A stretch of 61,812 bases of DNA, the filler included, from Choristocarpus tenellus KU-1152 (Eukaryota > Protista > Phaeophyceae), in the NCBI GenBank assembly GCA_964200185.2. It is 12 parts of 12 records of this genome, joined end to end, with 100 filler letters (N's around TTAATTAATTAA, not from the genome) between each part and the next. Parts side by side here need not be neighbours in the genome. Positions count along the whole stretch, not along the records: positions 24,658 to 30,319 come from CAXNAD020010093.1; positions 30,420 to 33,166 come from CAXNAD020025094.1; positions 33,267 to 36,775 come from CAXNAD020019544.1; positions 36,876 to 42,818 come from CAXNAD020009351.1; 8 more parts are not named here. One strand, 5' to 3'. Position numbers and translations under genes: made by a program. Numbering within the stretch: the first letter of the stretch is position 1; each line of letters starts with the position of its first letter. This document shows, piece after piece, positions 25,847 through 38,227 of this stretch. A model generated the notes under the pieces. It did not search any database, had not been told where the DNA came from, and saw only the letters and a program-made list of their open reading frames with translations.

Positions 25847-26959
25847 ATTGTGGTGATTTTTGTTCCCTATAGAGTATGTGGAGAGGATCAATTTCAAGAG
25901 CGTCAGTGTGGATGGTGTGCAATCTAAGTCGTTCTCATATCGCAGTGTTACATGTATATATATATATATCATATGAGAAGGTGATGACCTTCTGAGTACA
26001 CCCTTTTCTTGCAGCCTGGATGGAATTTTTTATGGTATGAACTACTGTGTAGTGTAAACGTTACATGTACAAGAGGTGTATGCTTCAATTTATGTGAACA
26101 TAACTATTGTGTACCAGTCTCACAGCGTGTTATTGATAGGTCTGTGTATGTATGTATGTATGTATGTTTTTGTTTTGTCTTCCTCTGTCTTTTTTTTCTT
26201 TCAATGATACTTGAGTTGATATTCTATTAATAATACTAACAATTAAAATTGTGCTTTTTTTTATTTAGTTTAAAAATGTGTAATCAGTCAATCTGAAGTA
26301 GGTTAACTTTTGCATGTATAAATCATTTTGTCATTTATTGGAGCTCAATGATTTTCCGGCTGTTGCCAATAGTATATTTTAGCATGAAAAGGGCATGCAT
26401 ATCCATATAGATAGGGGGGGAGGTGACGTTGCAAAGAACATTGTTGACATGGAAGGCATTTATGTTTGTGAATATAGTATATGAGGAGGAATAGTTCTTG
26501 GCAGGTGCTGATGAATATTATCTGGTACATTTTTGTCTCTTGGTGCTGAGAATTTTTGTAATTTTTTTTTATCTTGGGCAGTGAAGTTCACAAGTCAAGG
26601 GATGCCACCATTGGAAAATAAATGACTACTAGTTGTTCATGTATGTTTTCTTTCTTTTTTGGGACAAAATTTCAGGTTTTTTGGGGGTGGTTTCTTGCTC
26701 AGGCTTTGAGGCTAGTGCTTGCTTTGTGGTTGACGTTGACTCATATTTACATGGCTTTAAGGCCAACCAGAAGGGGGGGGATGCGGAAAGCAGGTTTGTT
26801 TGCTATTGTACCGTTATTTACGTATGCCATACATGTTCTACCTATTGAGATTCCTTCTCAGCAATCCCTGACTTCAGTGGAGGATCTTCCGTGAGAGACC
26901 AGTTCCACAGATATGGGATTGCTCTTCATTCAGAGTTGTCAAACATGAAAGATTCACTT

Positions 26960-27160
26960 TGTTCTCACGACTTGACATTTCCGATGATCCTCTCTCACAA
27001 CATCCTCAGTAAGTCAGTCTCCACAATCAAGCAGTCTTGCACTTGTCCAACCTTAACCTCGTCCTCTTGGCTAAGGTTTGTCTGGTCCGTCTTGCCTGGT
27101 CATTCTCTTCACCACCCTACCTGAGTGAACCATGCCTCGACAGAATCACACGATTCATAT
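26960..27160 (-). repeat. Dispersed repeat homologous to 48785-49005
   Basis: gaatcgtgtgattctgtcgaggcatggttcactcaggtagggtggtgaagagaatgaccaggcaagacggaccagac aligns with the 48.8-kb copy. Confidence 0.75.
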
Positions 27161-27620
27161 ATATATATATATATATCAATACCATCAAAACAAATTATGT
27201 AAATTGATCGTTTGTTTGGTTCTAGTTAGTAGTAGTACCTACCTAGTTCAAGTAGAAATTTTGTTCAAAAATACTACAACTTGTTTCAATACCTATTGCT
27301 TCTAGAAGGAAAAAGTAAAACTGAACAGTTGCAAAGCTTCTAGAAAAATCCGTTAAGATATAGAATAAAGTCTGGAACATGTGGACATCAAAACCCAGAA
27401 TTGTATTTCGTCAAGATATGAAAAACACCTTTCACACTTACGACAACTCTTGCTTTTTCAGGGTTTGTTCTGATATTGAATTGATTTTTTTCCTTGGTTT
27501 TCTTCCATGACACATCTGCAAAATGTCAGAGGGCATAAAAATAAAAATATGAACCATCAACTCGAATCCTTTCGGTTACATAGTACATAGAAATCCATAT
27601 TTATTTTCTCACTACCTCAC

Positions 27621-28876
27621 GCCAAATTGATATTTTGTACTTCCACCTTCCAGTCCACTGTCCACTGTTGAATCGTCCCCATCACTAGATTGGGGACAGT
27701 CTTCAGTATCCCCATTTCTGCATGTACGTGTTATCTGCCCTACCTCCTTCACCCTCCACTTTCGTATCCACATTCCTGATGCATGGACAAGCAGTGGCCA
27801 GGGGAGTAGCCGCTCACCCCTTCCTGGCTGTGGCCATTAACCCCTCCAGGACAATCCAGGCCCTCTTCCGGAGGGCACGCCCAAAGGATCAGGGAGAGGT
27901 GAGTTTGCTTTGACTGGTGTTAGTATTACTATGGAGTCTGTGTCTTACTGCTTGAGCATGTAAGGTGTAGACACGCTGCGGATGTCATGGAGTAGAAGGG
28001 AGCAGGTGAGGGTGCAGGTGAGGTGTACATCAACTCCAACTTTGACAATGTGATGTGCATACTCTGGAGTACAAAGTAGTTCCAACCACGGATTGTTCCA
28101 CTGTCTCTTATCTGTCTGTCCGAGGTAGACTAGTCATGGCTCAAAGACAGCGGGAGGAGGAGAGAGCGGCAGTTACTCAACCAAATATCCATATCTCATA
28201 CTTTGTGCGAACCTCTCTCAGCAGAACTAAATTAGCTCCTTCTTCCCAAAGGTCTCCTCTCTATTCGTACATGACTCAACCTTCACAGTCACAATAGTAC
28301 CCTTACTCTACCTGAAGAGTAACTGCCGCTCTCTCCTCCTCCCGCTGTCTTTCAGCTATGACCAGTCTGTACCTTGGATAGACAGATAAGAGACAGTGGA
28401 ACAATCCGTGGTTGGAACTACTTTGTACTCCAGAGTATGCACATCACATTGTCAAAGTTGGAATTGATGTACGCCCTTACCCTCACCTGCTCCCTTCTAC
28501 TCCATGACATCCGCAGCGTGTCTACACCTTACATGCTCAAGCAGTAAAACACAGGCTCCATATTGATACTAACACCAGTCAAAGCAAACTCACCTCTCCC
28601 TGATCCTTTGGGATGATCGTGCCCTCCGGAAGAGGGTCTGGATTGTCATCAAGGAGCTAATGGCCACAGCCAGGAAGGGGTGAGCGGCTACTCCCCTGAC
28701 CACTGCTTGTCCATGCATCAGGAATGTGGATACGAAAGTGGAGGGTGAAGGAGGTAGGGCAGATAACACGTACGTGTGGAAATGGGGACACTGAAGACTG
28801 TCCCCAATCTAGTGATGGGGACGATTCAACAGTGGACAGTGGACTGGAAGGTGGAAGTACAAAATATCAATTTGGG
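27621..28876. mobile_element. Foldback element: ~555-bp inverted arms (27622-28178 / 28317-28875) with 138-bp spacer
   Basis: Arms are near-perfect reverse complements. No convincing ORF. Confidence 0.9.
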
Positions 28877-28987
28877 TTACTTGGTTGCTTGTTGGGGTTT
28901 CAGTTTTACTGTTTGAGTTGTGGGCAAGGAGTGGTGAGCTGGGTGTTTTTGACGGGACCTGGAACACAAAGAGGAGTGCTGCTATCA

Positions 28988-29242
28988 GACTCGAAGTATC
29001 TTAGAGGTTAGAGCCGCGTCCGTTGGGGCCCAAAGTCCCGTGTTATGATTTGATCTAATTTTTGCCATCATGTTTGTTAGGAAGTGTCAATATCCTTGTG
29101 CTGGACCCACCGTTTCATAACGTATACATTTTACCTACTCCGAAACATTTTGGAGTAGGAAAATGTCATAAAAAACCCGTGGGAAGCAAATCCCCAAACG
29201 GACAAACAGGGCAAAACTCATGCCCTCAAAGATACTTTACTC
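28988..29242 (-). mobile_element. MITE family B, full copy
   Basis: TIRs plus internal hairpin; 4-bp TSD atca. Confidence 0.9.
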
Positions 29243-30124
29243 ATCACCCAAACAATGCACTGGCAGTTGGACCAAACAGCACCCAACCAGTCAATACTTT
29301 CTGGGGATGCCTTTGGTGTTGGAGCGGTACATACACCGCTGAAGTTTTTCATGATCCCTCCCTGACTGCAATGCTACTTTTGCACCCGGATGTGAAAAAT
29401 CATCATGAGGTCCTCTGTGGAGTGTTGGACGAAACAGAAGTGTGTAGTGGAGTGAGAAGGGTAAGGATCTTGTTTGCATCATTTCACTTCGATGCACTGT
29501 AAGCTCTACGGAGATTTTGCCACACAACCAACGAGTCCTATCTCTATTGTTTGCTTACAACTATATTTCAATCTCTAATGATTGGAAACCTAATGTATTC
29601 TAGTAGAGAAGTAGACGTGACCTAGTTGTGGTGTATTTGCCTGGCTGAATTACCTTTCAATGATGTCTTGATAGAAGATGTGTAGGATTGTCATGATCAC
29701 CAACCTAAGTCTTAGGAAGCACACGATTATTGCATGTTAGGCGGGGATATGTCAAGGTGTCAAATGCAGGGTAGGAGTTTTCCTACAATCTGGAGTATAT
29801 GGCAAACACAACAGAAAGAAATTGAATGTTATTATACCTGCTGTCTCTAAAACTTTAGGTGAGGGTAGTGTTACCTTGAAGGATGACTTCACTGGGATCA
29901 GTTTATTTTCACATCACTGTAGTGTGGTAGTGAGTTTGTGTGAAACTCCTGTGAAGGTCTAATAAAGCATGCGTCCATTTGTGATGAGTGATACATGGGA
30001 ATTTGTCCTGGTAAGACATTTTTGGGTTGTGGAATGAGTGTCTTGGATTGGCTGACACACCTAGCCGCAAATTGTCATGAACTGGATAGAGCTATCCAAC
30101 TTCTGGTTCTTTCCTCATGTGTGA

Positions 30125-30303
30125 GGCTCAAAGTATCTGGGAAGGGGGTGGCGACTGTCCATTCGGGGCCCATTTTTCCATGTTGCTGCTTTTGGGGTGA
30201 TTTGGTTGCATGCGTCAGATGGATAACATAAGTCCACCTTTCCTGGTCAGGGCCCGAATGGACACCCTGGTTTAGACCCCTTCCCCCCCAGACACTTTGA
30301 GCC
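30125..30303 (+). mobile_element. MITE family A (variant A2), full copy
   Basis: GGCTCAAAGTATCTGGG/CCCAGACACTTTGAGCC; 3-bp TSD tga. Confidence 0.9.
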
Positions 30304-30319
30304 TGAGACCACCCGCATA

Positions 30320-30419
30320 NNNNNNNNNNNNNNNNNNNNNNNNNNNNNNNNNNNNNNNNNNNNTTAATTAATTAANNNNNNNNNNNNNNNNNNNNNNNNN
30401 NNNNNNNNNNNNNNNNNNN
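30320..30419. other. Artificial contig linker
   Basis: N44-TTAATTAATTAA-N44. Confidence 0.97.
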
Positions 30420-30478
30420 CCCCAAGATACTAATTGACCCCAAATGGACAGCCACCCCCCCCCCAGAGACTTTGAACC
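30420..30478 (-). mobile_element. MITE family A, partial at contig start
   Basis: gaccccaaatggacagccacccc..cagagactttgaacc. Confidence 0.8.
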
Positions 30479-30479
30479 T

Positions 30480-31340
30480 TTGGGTCAACTCGAAAGGAAA
30501 ATTCTTGGTCAACATATCTGTCCTCTGATTTGCAGTACCAACAAAAACAACACGAAACTCTCCTTTTCTAGCTAAGTCCCTCAGAAAATGATGTCGGGCA
30601 TCAATTTGCTTTGTTCTAGTAGAGCTTGTGGCATTTCCTACTAGTTTGCATGCACCGTCGTTACCCTCAAACATGTCAATGCAACGCCTAGAAAACTGTG
30701 GCTTAATAAATCCCAAAACGCTTTTCAAGAAAAGCAATTCCTGAGTGAAAGTATCTTAGAGGGTACGAGTTCTACCATGTTTGTCCATTTTGAGGCTTGG
30801 CTTCTCTCGGTGCTTTTTATGATATTTTCCTAATCCAAAATACTTCGGAGTAGGTAAAATGTGTATGTTATGAAAAGGTGTGTCCGGAACAAGGATTGAC
30901 ACTTTCCTAACAAACACGATAGCAAAAAACACATCAAAACCGCAACATTGGATTCGGTCCCCAAATGGACGCGGCTCAACCCTCTAAGATAATTTTACTC
31001 TCCTGTCAACGCTGCTAAGAGCTCTATACTCACTCTCCTTGGAAGACAGAGGTACAACTCTCTGTACCTTTGACATCCAAGATATTGCTCCTCCTGCAAA
31101 TATTATTGCTCCTCCAGTTACTGATCTACGACCATTCCAGTCTCCAGCATAACTAGCATCAGCATACGCACTCAACTCACGCTCAGTAATAAAACCACCA
31201 AAACTCAATCCGACACTGGGACACTTACTTAAATATGCTAAAATACTCTTAACTGCACGCCAATGTGTGACTTTGGGATTACTACTGTACTTGGCAACTT
31301 CGCGAACTGCATTTGACAGGCTTATTAGAGGGTCCAGGCA
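30480..31340 (-). pseudogene. Ty1/Copia RT C-terminus and RNase H remnant, interrupted by a MITE B
   Basis: LSNAVREVAKYSSNPKVTHWRAVKSILAYL, AYADASYAGDWNGRRSVTG, GAISWMSKVQRVVPLSSKESEYRAL, RTKQIDARHHFLRD...GTANQRTDMLTK. Confidence 0.92.
30743..31000 (+). mobile_element. MITE family B, full copy nested in Copia
   Basis: TIRs; 4-bp TSD tcct; splits the Copia RNase H frame. Confidence 0.92.
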
Positions 31341-31344
31341 TACA

Positions 31345-33166
31345 AAATGACGAACCAAGCAAGGCGAGCCTGGTGGCAAACACCAAGATGGGAAGCCTAA
31401 GTTTGGGGAGAAGATAGGCAAGCCAGGGGAAGGCAAACCTAGTATTAAATTGAGTGTGAGGAAGGATAAGTTCCAAGGAACTTGTGATGCATGTGGGAAC
31501 GTTGGGCATAAACAAAATCGATGCCTGAGTTTGACGCTGGGAGTCCGGAAAGAGCAGCTACATCAGCAGCAGGGGGACCCACAGCATTATGGTAAACGTA
31601 CAGACCGTGGGAGGGGATCTGGACCAGGGCAAAGGCAACAGTCCAGGGGTGCCAGACAGGAACCCTCAAGTGCAGGGGGAGGAACCAGCCGTCTAGGTGT
31701 AGCTCAAGGCACAAGGAGCCAGCAGAGGCTAGCTCCCTAGCCTGATACCGAGCTCTGGCAAGGCGCTGGTGGAGGGAATACGAGTTACAGGGCAGCGAGG
31801 GTCAATGAGAAGGTTCCTGATGATGTGGATCATAAAATGCCTCTGGTGCCGCCAAGCCCCGGATCCCAATATTAATCCTTATGCAGGCCATGCTGGCCTG
31901 TTTAAAATCCAGCGCACTTGTGAGGATGCGTCCCTGGCTGCGGAAGGAGTGGGTGTAGAAAGGTTGAGCTACCATGGTACAGCAGATGCAACACCAGTGG
32001 GTGTCAACATGCACGGGAAGTTGCCTTCCAAATACGAAGGCCCTGATGGACCCAGCGTCAGGAATCGCAGGCATATCTAAAAGCCTGGTGCTAAGAATGC
32101 AGCAGCATTCTGGTGGAGCAGCACTGACGAAGCCTCTCCACCAGCCCTTCCCGGTGAAGATAGCAAATGGCTTCTCTGAGACCATAGGGAACTTGACATG
32201 TCCCTTACATGTGGCAATCCACTCGGGCTATGGGCCCATGGTGGTTAGAAATCTTGTCTTGGCAGTTATACCAGGCAATGATGATGTTTAATTGTGGACA
32301 GCAAGACATTGCGGGGTGTGTTAGGCTTTGACATGAAGCAACTCTTTGATGAGGCGACCCGAAGGAAGACAGAACTGCACACTGCAAGTCTGGAATAAGA
32401 TATTACTTCTATCAGGGTATAAATGTTAGCGTGGAGAGGTGATGCGGGAGGGCGTGGGGACTGCTCATCTGGACAGAGGTGATTACTCCGTCTCTATACT
32501 ACTGGAGCAAGGCCCTGAGCTCACCATGGACCCTGCAGAGAGGACGAAAATAAACGAGGCTTGGCTCTAGAAACCTCCTCACAAGAGGCACAAAGGGCCA
32601 GGATGCCCTTGGGTGCCTGGGCGCGCTTACGACAAGTGATAACAACCCCGACCAATATGTTTCGGGTATCCTTGGGGCGTGACCCGCATGCCGAGGTGGA
32701 GCCTATGAGGGTGGTGCTGGAGGAAGGGGCGATTCCTGTAAAGGCCTAACCCAGGGCGTACCATCCGGAGCGACAGAGCTGGGTGGCAGGATTTGTGGTC
32801 CTACTGGTCGTACTGGGGATGTTGAGGTGGATCCCACAGGATTTATGGAGTGAACCGTCATTGCCTTTGCCCAAGCCTGAGGAGCAGGGCTACCGGCTGG
32901 TGACGGATTTCAGCGTGGTGAACATGGTCTCACAGGTGGTGGAGCTCTCACACCTCAGAGAGGAGTGTGCTATACAGGTGTCTCCAGATGCCTCTGACAA
33001 GCACTGGGGGTGTTTTGTTACACACAGGTCCCGCAGGTGGAGCTGAATAGAGGTGTAGCAGCGGAAGATATGAGCCATGACCCGCTGGGATTCCTGAGTG
33101 GCTCTTTCCGGGGATTGCAGCTACGCTGGGCCACGGTAAATAAGGCAGCGTTCGCCATCATGGGGA
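31345..33166 (+). pseudogene. Ty3/gypsy gag-pol remnant (Zn knuckle, protease, RT start, RNase H; RT core deleted)
   Basis: CDACGNVGHKQNRC (CCHC); ALMDPAS...DDVLIV; EPMRVVLEEGAIPVKA*PRAY...PKPEEQGYRLVTDFSVVN; PDASDKHWGCFVTQ...HDPLGFLSGSFRGLQLRWATVNKAAFAI. Confidence 0.9.
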
Positions 33167-33266
33167 NNNNNNNNNNNNNNNNNNNNNNNNNNNNNNNNNN
33201 NNNNNNNNNNTTAATTAATTAANNNNNNNNNNNNNNNNNNNNNNNNNNNNNNNNNNNNNNNNNNNN
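33167..33266. other. Artificial contig linker
   Basis: N44-TTAATTAATTAA-N44. Confidence 0.97.
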
Positions 33267-35736
33267 CAAGTTCTACCCTATACATACATAGACAGATACA
33301 CACTCACAAATACACTCTCAATCTTCTCCTATCCCTATACCCCACCCCCCACCCCTCCGTCCTGCTTTGACCTATCCTAATCTCCCTCTGCATGGCTCAA
33401 CTGTATTTTATTGCCTCCTTTTCGTTAAGGAGTGAGTTCGTTTTATGTCGTGCCATTTTTTTCCCTCTCAGACTTGTTCACGGCTAGATGTTCCGACACA
33501 CAATTCAATGTTACGACTTGATGAATGATGTATGGCTTGATGTATGAGAAACTAATTCACTTGGTCCCTCCCACATTGTGTGGATAAACATCAATTTACA
33601 ATCTTACCTCCCCTTGCGTTGCGTCATTGGTTGAAGGGTGAAGTACATCATCACGGATCAGTTGGCAGTAGAGGCGGGTCAGGAAGATGAGTCGGAGTTT
33701 GAAGGGGGAGACACTGCTGAGGAGGAGCCAGTGGAAGGGGAAGGGGAGGACTCTGCCAGGAGAGGAGGAAATGATCCTGTTGATGGCGTGGAGGAGACCA
33801 AGGAGGCATGAGCGTGCCAAGTCCTTTGTGTGGATGTCAAGTCTCTCTCCTGTTTCGACTTGAAGTCGCTTTGGCCGCCTTAGTAGACATGCTCTGAGCG
33901 GGAGACGTTGCCCTTTTGGTAGTTGCAAGTGCTGGGTAGACCCTAGTGTGTGGCCTGGCCCTATTTTGTGTGATGTCATTAGCGCGGTGGCAGTTACAAG
34001 TGATGGAGTGGGATGAAGGGTTCGTGCTGTCGAATCCGTCTTCTTTTTTAGATTATATTGGTTCTGTTTTGAGATTTTTTTTCATGACAGTGCTTTGCTA
34101 TCGTGTTGTGGCGGAAAGGGGGTTAGGGTTAGGGTTATTTTTCGTAGCGAGGGGCCATGGTGAAGGGGAGGGACCCGCCTGCACAGGTGTTTGTGTATGT
34201 CGTGATGATTCTTGTAAGGGGAGGGAAGGAAGGAAGAGGAGGTCAGGAGTGGAAAGGTAGATCGAGCGAACTCTCTCCCAGGTGTAATGGGATGGTGTGA
34301 CAGGATGATGAGCTTCGTTGGGAGGTGGGGGGTGGTCGACGGGCTAGGGTTAAGAGCAGTCAGTGGTTGGCAGGGGGGAGGTGTTTGTATCACAAACACA
34401 TGCGTGTTTCTTGGAAAAAGTATTTTGTGTAACAGGGTGAATCTTAGGCCTCTGGGACTCAAGGGTTCGTGGATGTCGGGGCGAGGTTGGGAAGGGCAAC
34501 ATGTTGTCCAGGATGGAGGTGGGGAGAGTGTTTTTTGTGGGCAGGTAGTGGGCAGTTGATATAATTGCTGGAGGTGGGGGGAGTGGCAAGAAAACATTGG
34601 GGAGGGAAGGTAGGGGGTATTGGTCAACACGAAGGCTGTAATGGTGGGCATTGTGACCTGTGGTTTTGAGGTGATGCATGTGTGTTTGGTGATAAGACCA
34701 CAAGACTGCACAACACTTTTTTGTAGTGTCGGGACTTGACAGGATGGGGCTGTGTGGGGTTAGTGTGTGTTTGGGTTGAATGCTGTAGTGGAATGTTGGT
34801 GCACACATTGGCAAGGTTGCTACTCAGACTGAAGGGTGGTGATGATGTGGTAGTGGTACTAGGTAGGATTGAAATAGTGCATTCCTTTATTACCGGATTG
34901 GCTGTTGTTGAGGTTGCTTGTGATGATTTTCTCGATACACTGCCTACTGCATCTTTGTGTCTTGATAGTTGTGTAACTGAGCGCTGCCCCCGCCTTTGAT
35001 CACAATTGATTGTTTTAGTATGGTGAGACCTACTTATTTCGTGGAGGGTTTCTCACCTCAGCAGCCTGTTGTTTGTTGCTTAGAATGTCTGTGATGAGGA
35101 AGAAATACGTCTTGAGGTGTTGGGTGTCGGCGCTGATGGGTCGGCTGATGGCTCTTACATGTAGTACAATTGTATTTTGTGTGGACTAGTTGTTTTGTGT
35201 TATGACTGAACCGGGTGTTGCTTTCAAGTGCCTTGATTGTCTTGTGCATCTATCGTCAAGGCTGAAATAGCTTTCAGGTTCTAAGCATTATTACTAATAT
35301 TAGTACTGTTTGTGACTTGGATCTATTTTAATTCTAGTCCAGGCCAGGCGGATACATGGACTGATCCCACATGCAGGTAAAATGTTATAATAACTGAGAG
35401 GAGGAGGAGACAGTGGTCTAGACTACATTTAAGGGCAGAGAAGACAACTTGACGCTGCTCCTCGGGGTAGCCATCAGCCCTTTCTTTTTTGAACCTCAAG
35501 AATCCACTACCCTGTAGTAGCTTCTTAAAAATTTGCTTGCACAGTGCAATGCCGACTATATTTTAACGCTTGACTATCATGCAGTACACGGTTCTTTTAT
35601 TTTATACTATGAATTAGGAGCTGTAGCAGTGGTGGTATATACTGTTTGTGCTTGGAGTAGGAAGTAGTAGTTAATGTTAATACTCTTGACTTTGAATACC
35701 TGTTGTTGGTTTGAGGTTGTCTTGATAATAGTAAGT

Positions 35737-36034
35737 GAGTCAGAGTAAGCGAGAGGTACCCAGTTTTTTTGTCTGTTTTGTGTTTTTTGAGTGTTTTTCT
35801 GTGTTGTCATTTACCCATATTTCTAGGGGACGAAGTGCTAAGTTTGACTTGAGAACGTTGATTTCTATATTGTTCGGTACTTTTTTCGGGCACAATCCAG
35901 AAAATGTCCTACACACCCCTGGTCAAGTACTGGATATGCATATTGGCAAAAACAATTGTAACACATATTTGCACATACTTGTCAGCACCCTTTGAATGCA
36001 ACCAACTCTGGGTACCTCTAGTTTATTTTCACTC
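35737..36034. mobile_element. MITE family C, full copy
   Basis: TIR GAGTCAGAGTAAGCGAGAGGTACCCAG / CTGGGTACCTCTAGTTTATTTTCACTC; 3-bp TSD agt. Confidence 0.8.
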
Positions 36035-36563
36035 AGTGACGACTTGCGGTATATGTATGAAGGATTTACTACTGATGATGAACAGATGGACTCATAACTG
36101 GGTGAGAGTGTGTTTGTGTTACAGTCCCAATTCAACGTTTGTCGTTTCATAACCGTTTCCTCTTTGGTACACATTTCAGTTGCTCTGTATCTGGTACTTG
36201 CACTTGCATTCTTGATACGTGAGTTTGAAATTCCGCGGATAAAGTAAAAAAAGCAGTAAGTAATCGTCATGGAGACGGCAGAGATCATTACTAAATGAGG
36301 ACATCCCCCCCGGTCACTAGTTAGTACTTCGAAGTAGTACATTGTTACCGGTACAAAGTACATCAAAAGTTTTCTGGAAAGTGTTGTGTGCAGGTGGAGT
36401 GGGGGTAGTGATGAGTCCAAGTAACCTAAAGTAGTGTGTATTTTGATCGTTTTGAGTTTGAAGTCCTGGGGTTTTTTCTTAACTTTGTTTAAAGGAGAGC
36501 ACATCCGAAGAAGGCCGTCAATATACATACTTGCTTCTGGAGACTGAATGTACTCACACAAAA

Positions 36564-36714
36564 GGCTCGAAGTATCTGGGGGGGGTGGCAGCTGGCCACT
36601 TGGGGTATATTTTTTCATATCGCGATTTTTGGGTGATTTGGTTGCATACGTTGGATGGATAATGAAAGTGCACTCTTCCTGTCTTTGGTCCAATGGACAC
36701 TCTGTCTGGTGTAG

Positions 36715-36757
<43 letters not shown>
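36564..36757 (+). mobile_element. MITE family A, right end lost in poly-C near contig end
   Basis: GGCTCGAAGTATCTGGGG start and complete body. Confidence 0.88.
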
Positions 36758-36775
36758 ACACACCCGGACAACGAC

Positions 36776-36875
36776 NNNNNNNNNNNNNNNNNNNNNNNNN
36801 NNNNNNNNNNNNNNNNNNNTTAATTAATTAANNNNNNNNNNNNNNNNNNNNNNNNNNNNNNNNNNNNNNNNNNNN
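36776..36875. other. Artificial contig linker
   Basis: N44-TTAATTAATTAA-N44. Confidence 0.97.
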
Positions 36876-36899
36876 TCACCCTGTTGTCGCCTGTCAGTC

Positions 36900-38176
36900 T
36901 CAATTATTCAGCCCAGAAGTCTGATCGGGGTCCAGACTCAAACACCCTAATGAAGAACAGCGTGGTGGTGCGATGCTTCGAGGTGATAGGACGCAAGACT
37001 AGGATGCCACGGGGGGACGGTGGCGGCCAGAGGACATTGAAATTTCCCAAATCACTGTGTTCCTTCATTTGAAGGAGTGTGACAGCCAGATCACAGGGGG
37101 TGAATGCATGTGTGAATGCATGGACCTTGCACGGCATTGCAAGAGGCGATATGGCCATCATACTTGACATTTGGGATGTCCCATGGCAGTACAACTGCGC
37201 ATCCTTCCACAAATGGGCAGCCAAAGCTGTGGTCTCCCTTGCCTTATTGTGGGATCTGTGGAAGTGTGAGGAGGTGAAGAAGGTCAAGTAGTGGATTAAG
37301 ACAGTCCTTTTTACCAGCAGAATGTCAACAGGGTGGGTTTCGTCATCAGCCACAAGCACGGGAGGGGGGAAAGTGGGGTAATAGTGAATGATCTGTATGA
37401 CTGGGTGCAGGTGGACGAGGAGTGGTTTTACATCCTCAAAGATGGGCAAGGTGTGTACCTGCACCCAACTGAGGACCACCCCAAACCCCAACGCACAGAA
37501 AAAGCGTTACATTACGAAGGTGATGTTCCTTGCAGCTGTGCCCCCCCCTAGGAAGCTCTCCAACGGGTATGGTTCGATGGGAAAACCGGGATCTGGCAAT
37601 CGTAGACACTAAGGTCACTTGTCACTCCAGCTAACGCTGCCCCAAGGGCAACATGGTGCTTGTGCCAGCCACGGTGGACGGGGAGATGTATAAGAAGCTC
37701 ATGATGGAGGATGTCATCCCAACAATCAAGGTTGACCGGAAGGGCACACCATCTTTGTGTAGCAGGACGGGGAAAAACATACACACCATGGGGGAGATCA
37801 TGGAGGTAATCGAGGAGGTGGCAGTGGACGACATTATCCTAGAGACTCAACCAGGCAATTCCCTTACCTGAATGTCAAAGGCCTGGGATTCTTTCATTCC
37901 ATCCAGCAACTGAAGGAAGACATGTAGGAGCTGGTGGAGGCCACAATGGAGGCGTTCAATGTGTACCCCCAGGAGCCTCTAGAGGGTATCTGGCAGAGCC
38001 TCTTCGCAGCCTACGGTCAAGTGCTGGGGTCCAAGGGTGACAACATCTTCAAAATTCCTCATCTTAGCAAGGAAAAGGCTGAGAAGGTGGGCAAGCTTCC
38101 CCTGAATGCCATGGTGGATGTGAAGAAATACCTTCGTGGAATGGAGTTTTGGAGGGCTTCAGGGGTGGAATCATAA
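36900..38176 (+). pseudogene. DD39D (Soymar/Osmar-like) Tc1/mariner transposase pseudogene
   Basis: Frameshifted motifs WVQVDEEWFY, RYITKVMFLAAV, WFDGKTGIW, TIFV*QDG, QPGNSPYLNVKGLGFFHSIQ, GDNIFKIPHLSKEK. Confidence 0.92.
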
Positions 38177-38227
38177 ATAGGTGTAGGCTGCCCCATTTTG
38201 CTTGAGGTGTTGGTGGGCAACCGTTTC

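Noticed and set aside
33600-35000. C-rich minus-strand ORFs resembling a decayed retroelement
   Set aside because: Strand skew is suggestive, but no diagnostic RT, endonuclease or integrase motif could be read.
35923-36771. Longest ORF in the track (282 aa)
   Set aside because: Starts in poly-G and reads through a MITE A and into a MITE C. It is a chance frame with no recognisable domain.
36900-38176. DD39D mariner as the autonomous partner of MITEs A-C
   Set aside because: Tc1/mariner elements duplicate TA. These MITEs have variable 3-4-bp TSDs, and the adjacent copy at 38228 has two ends of its own.
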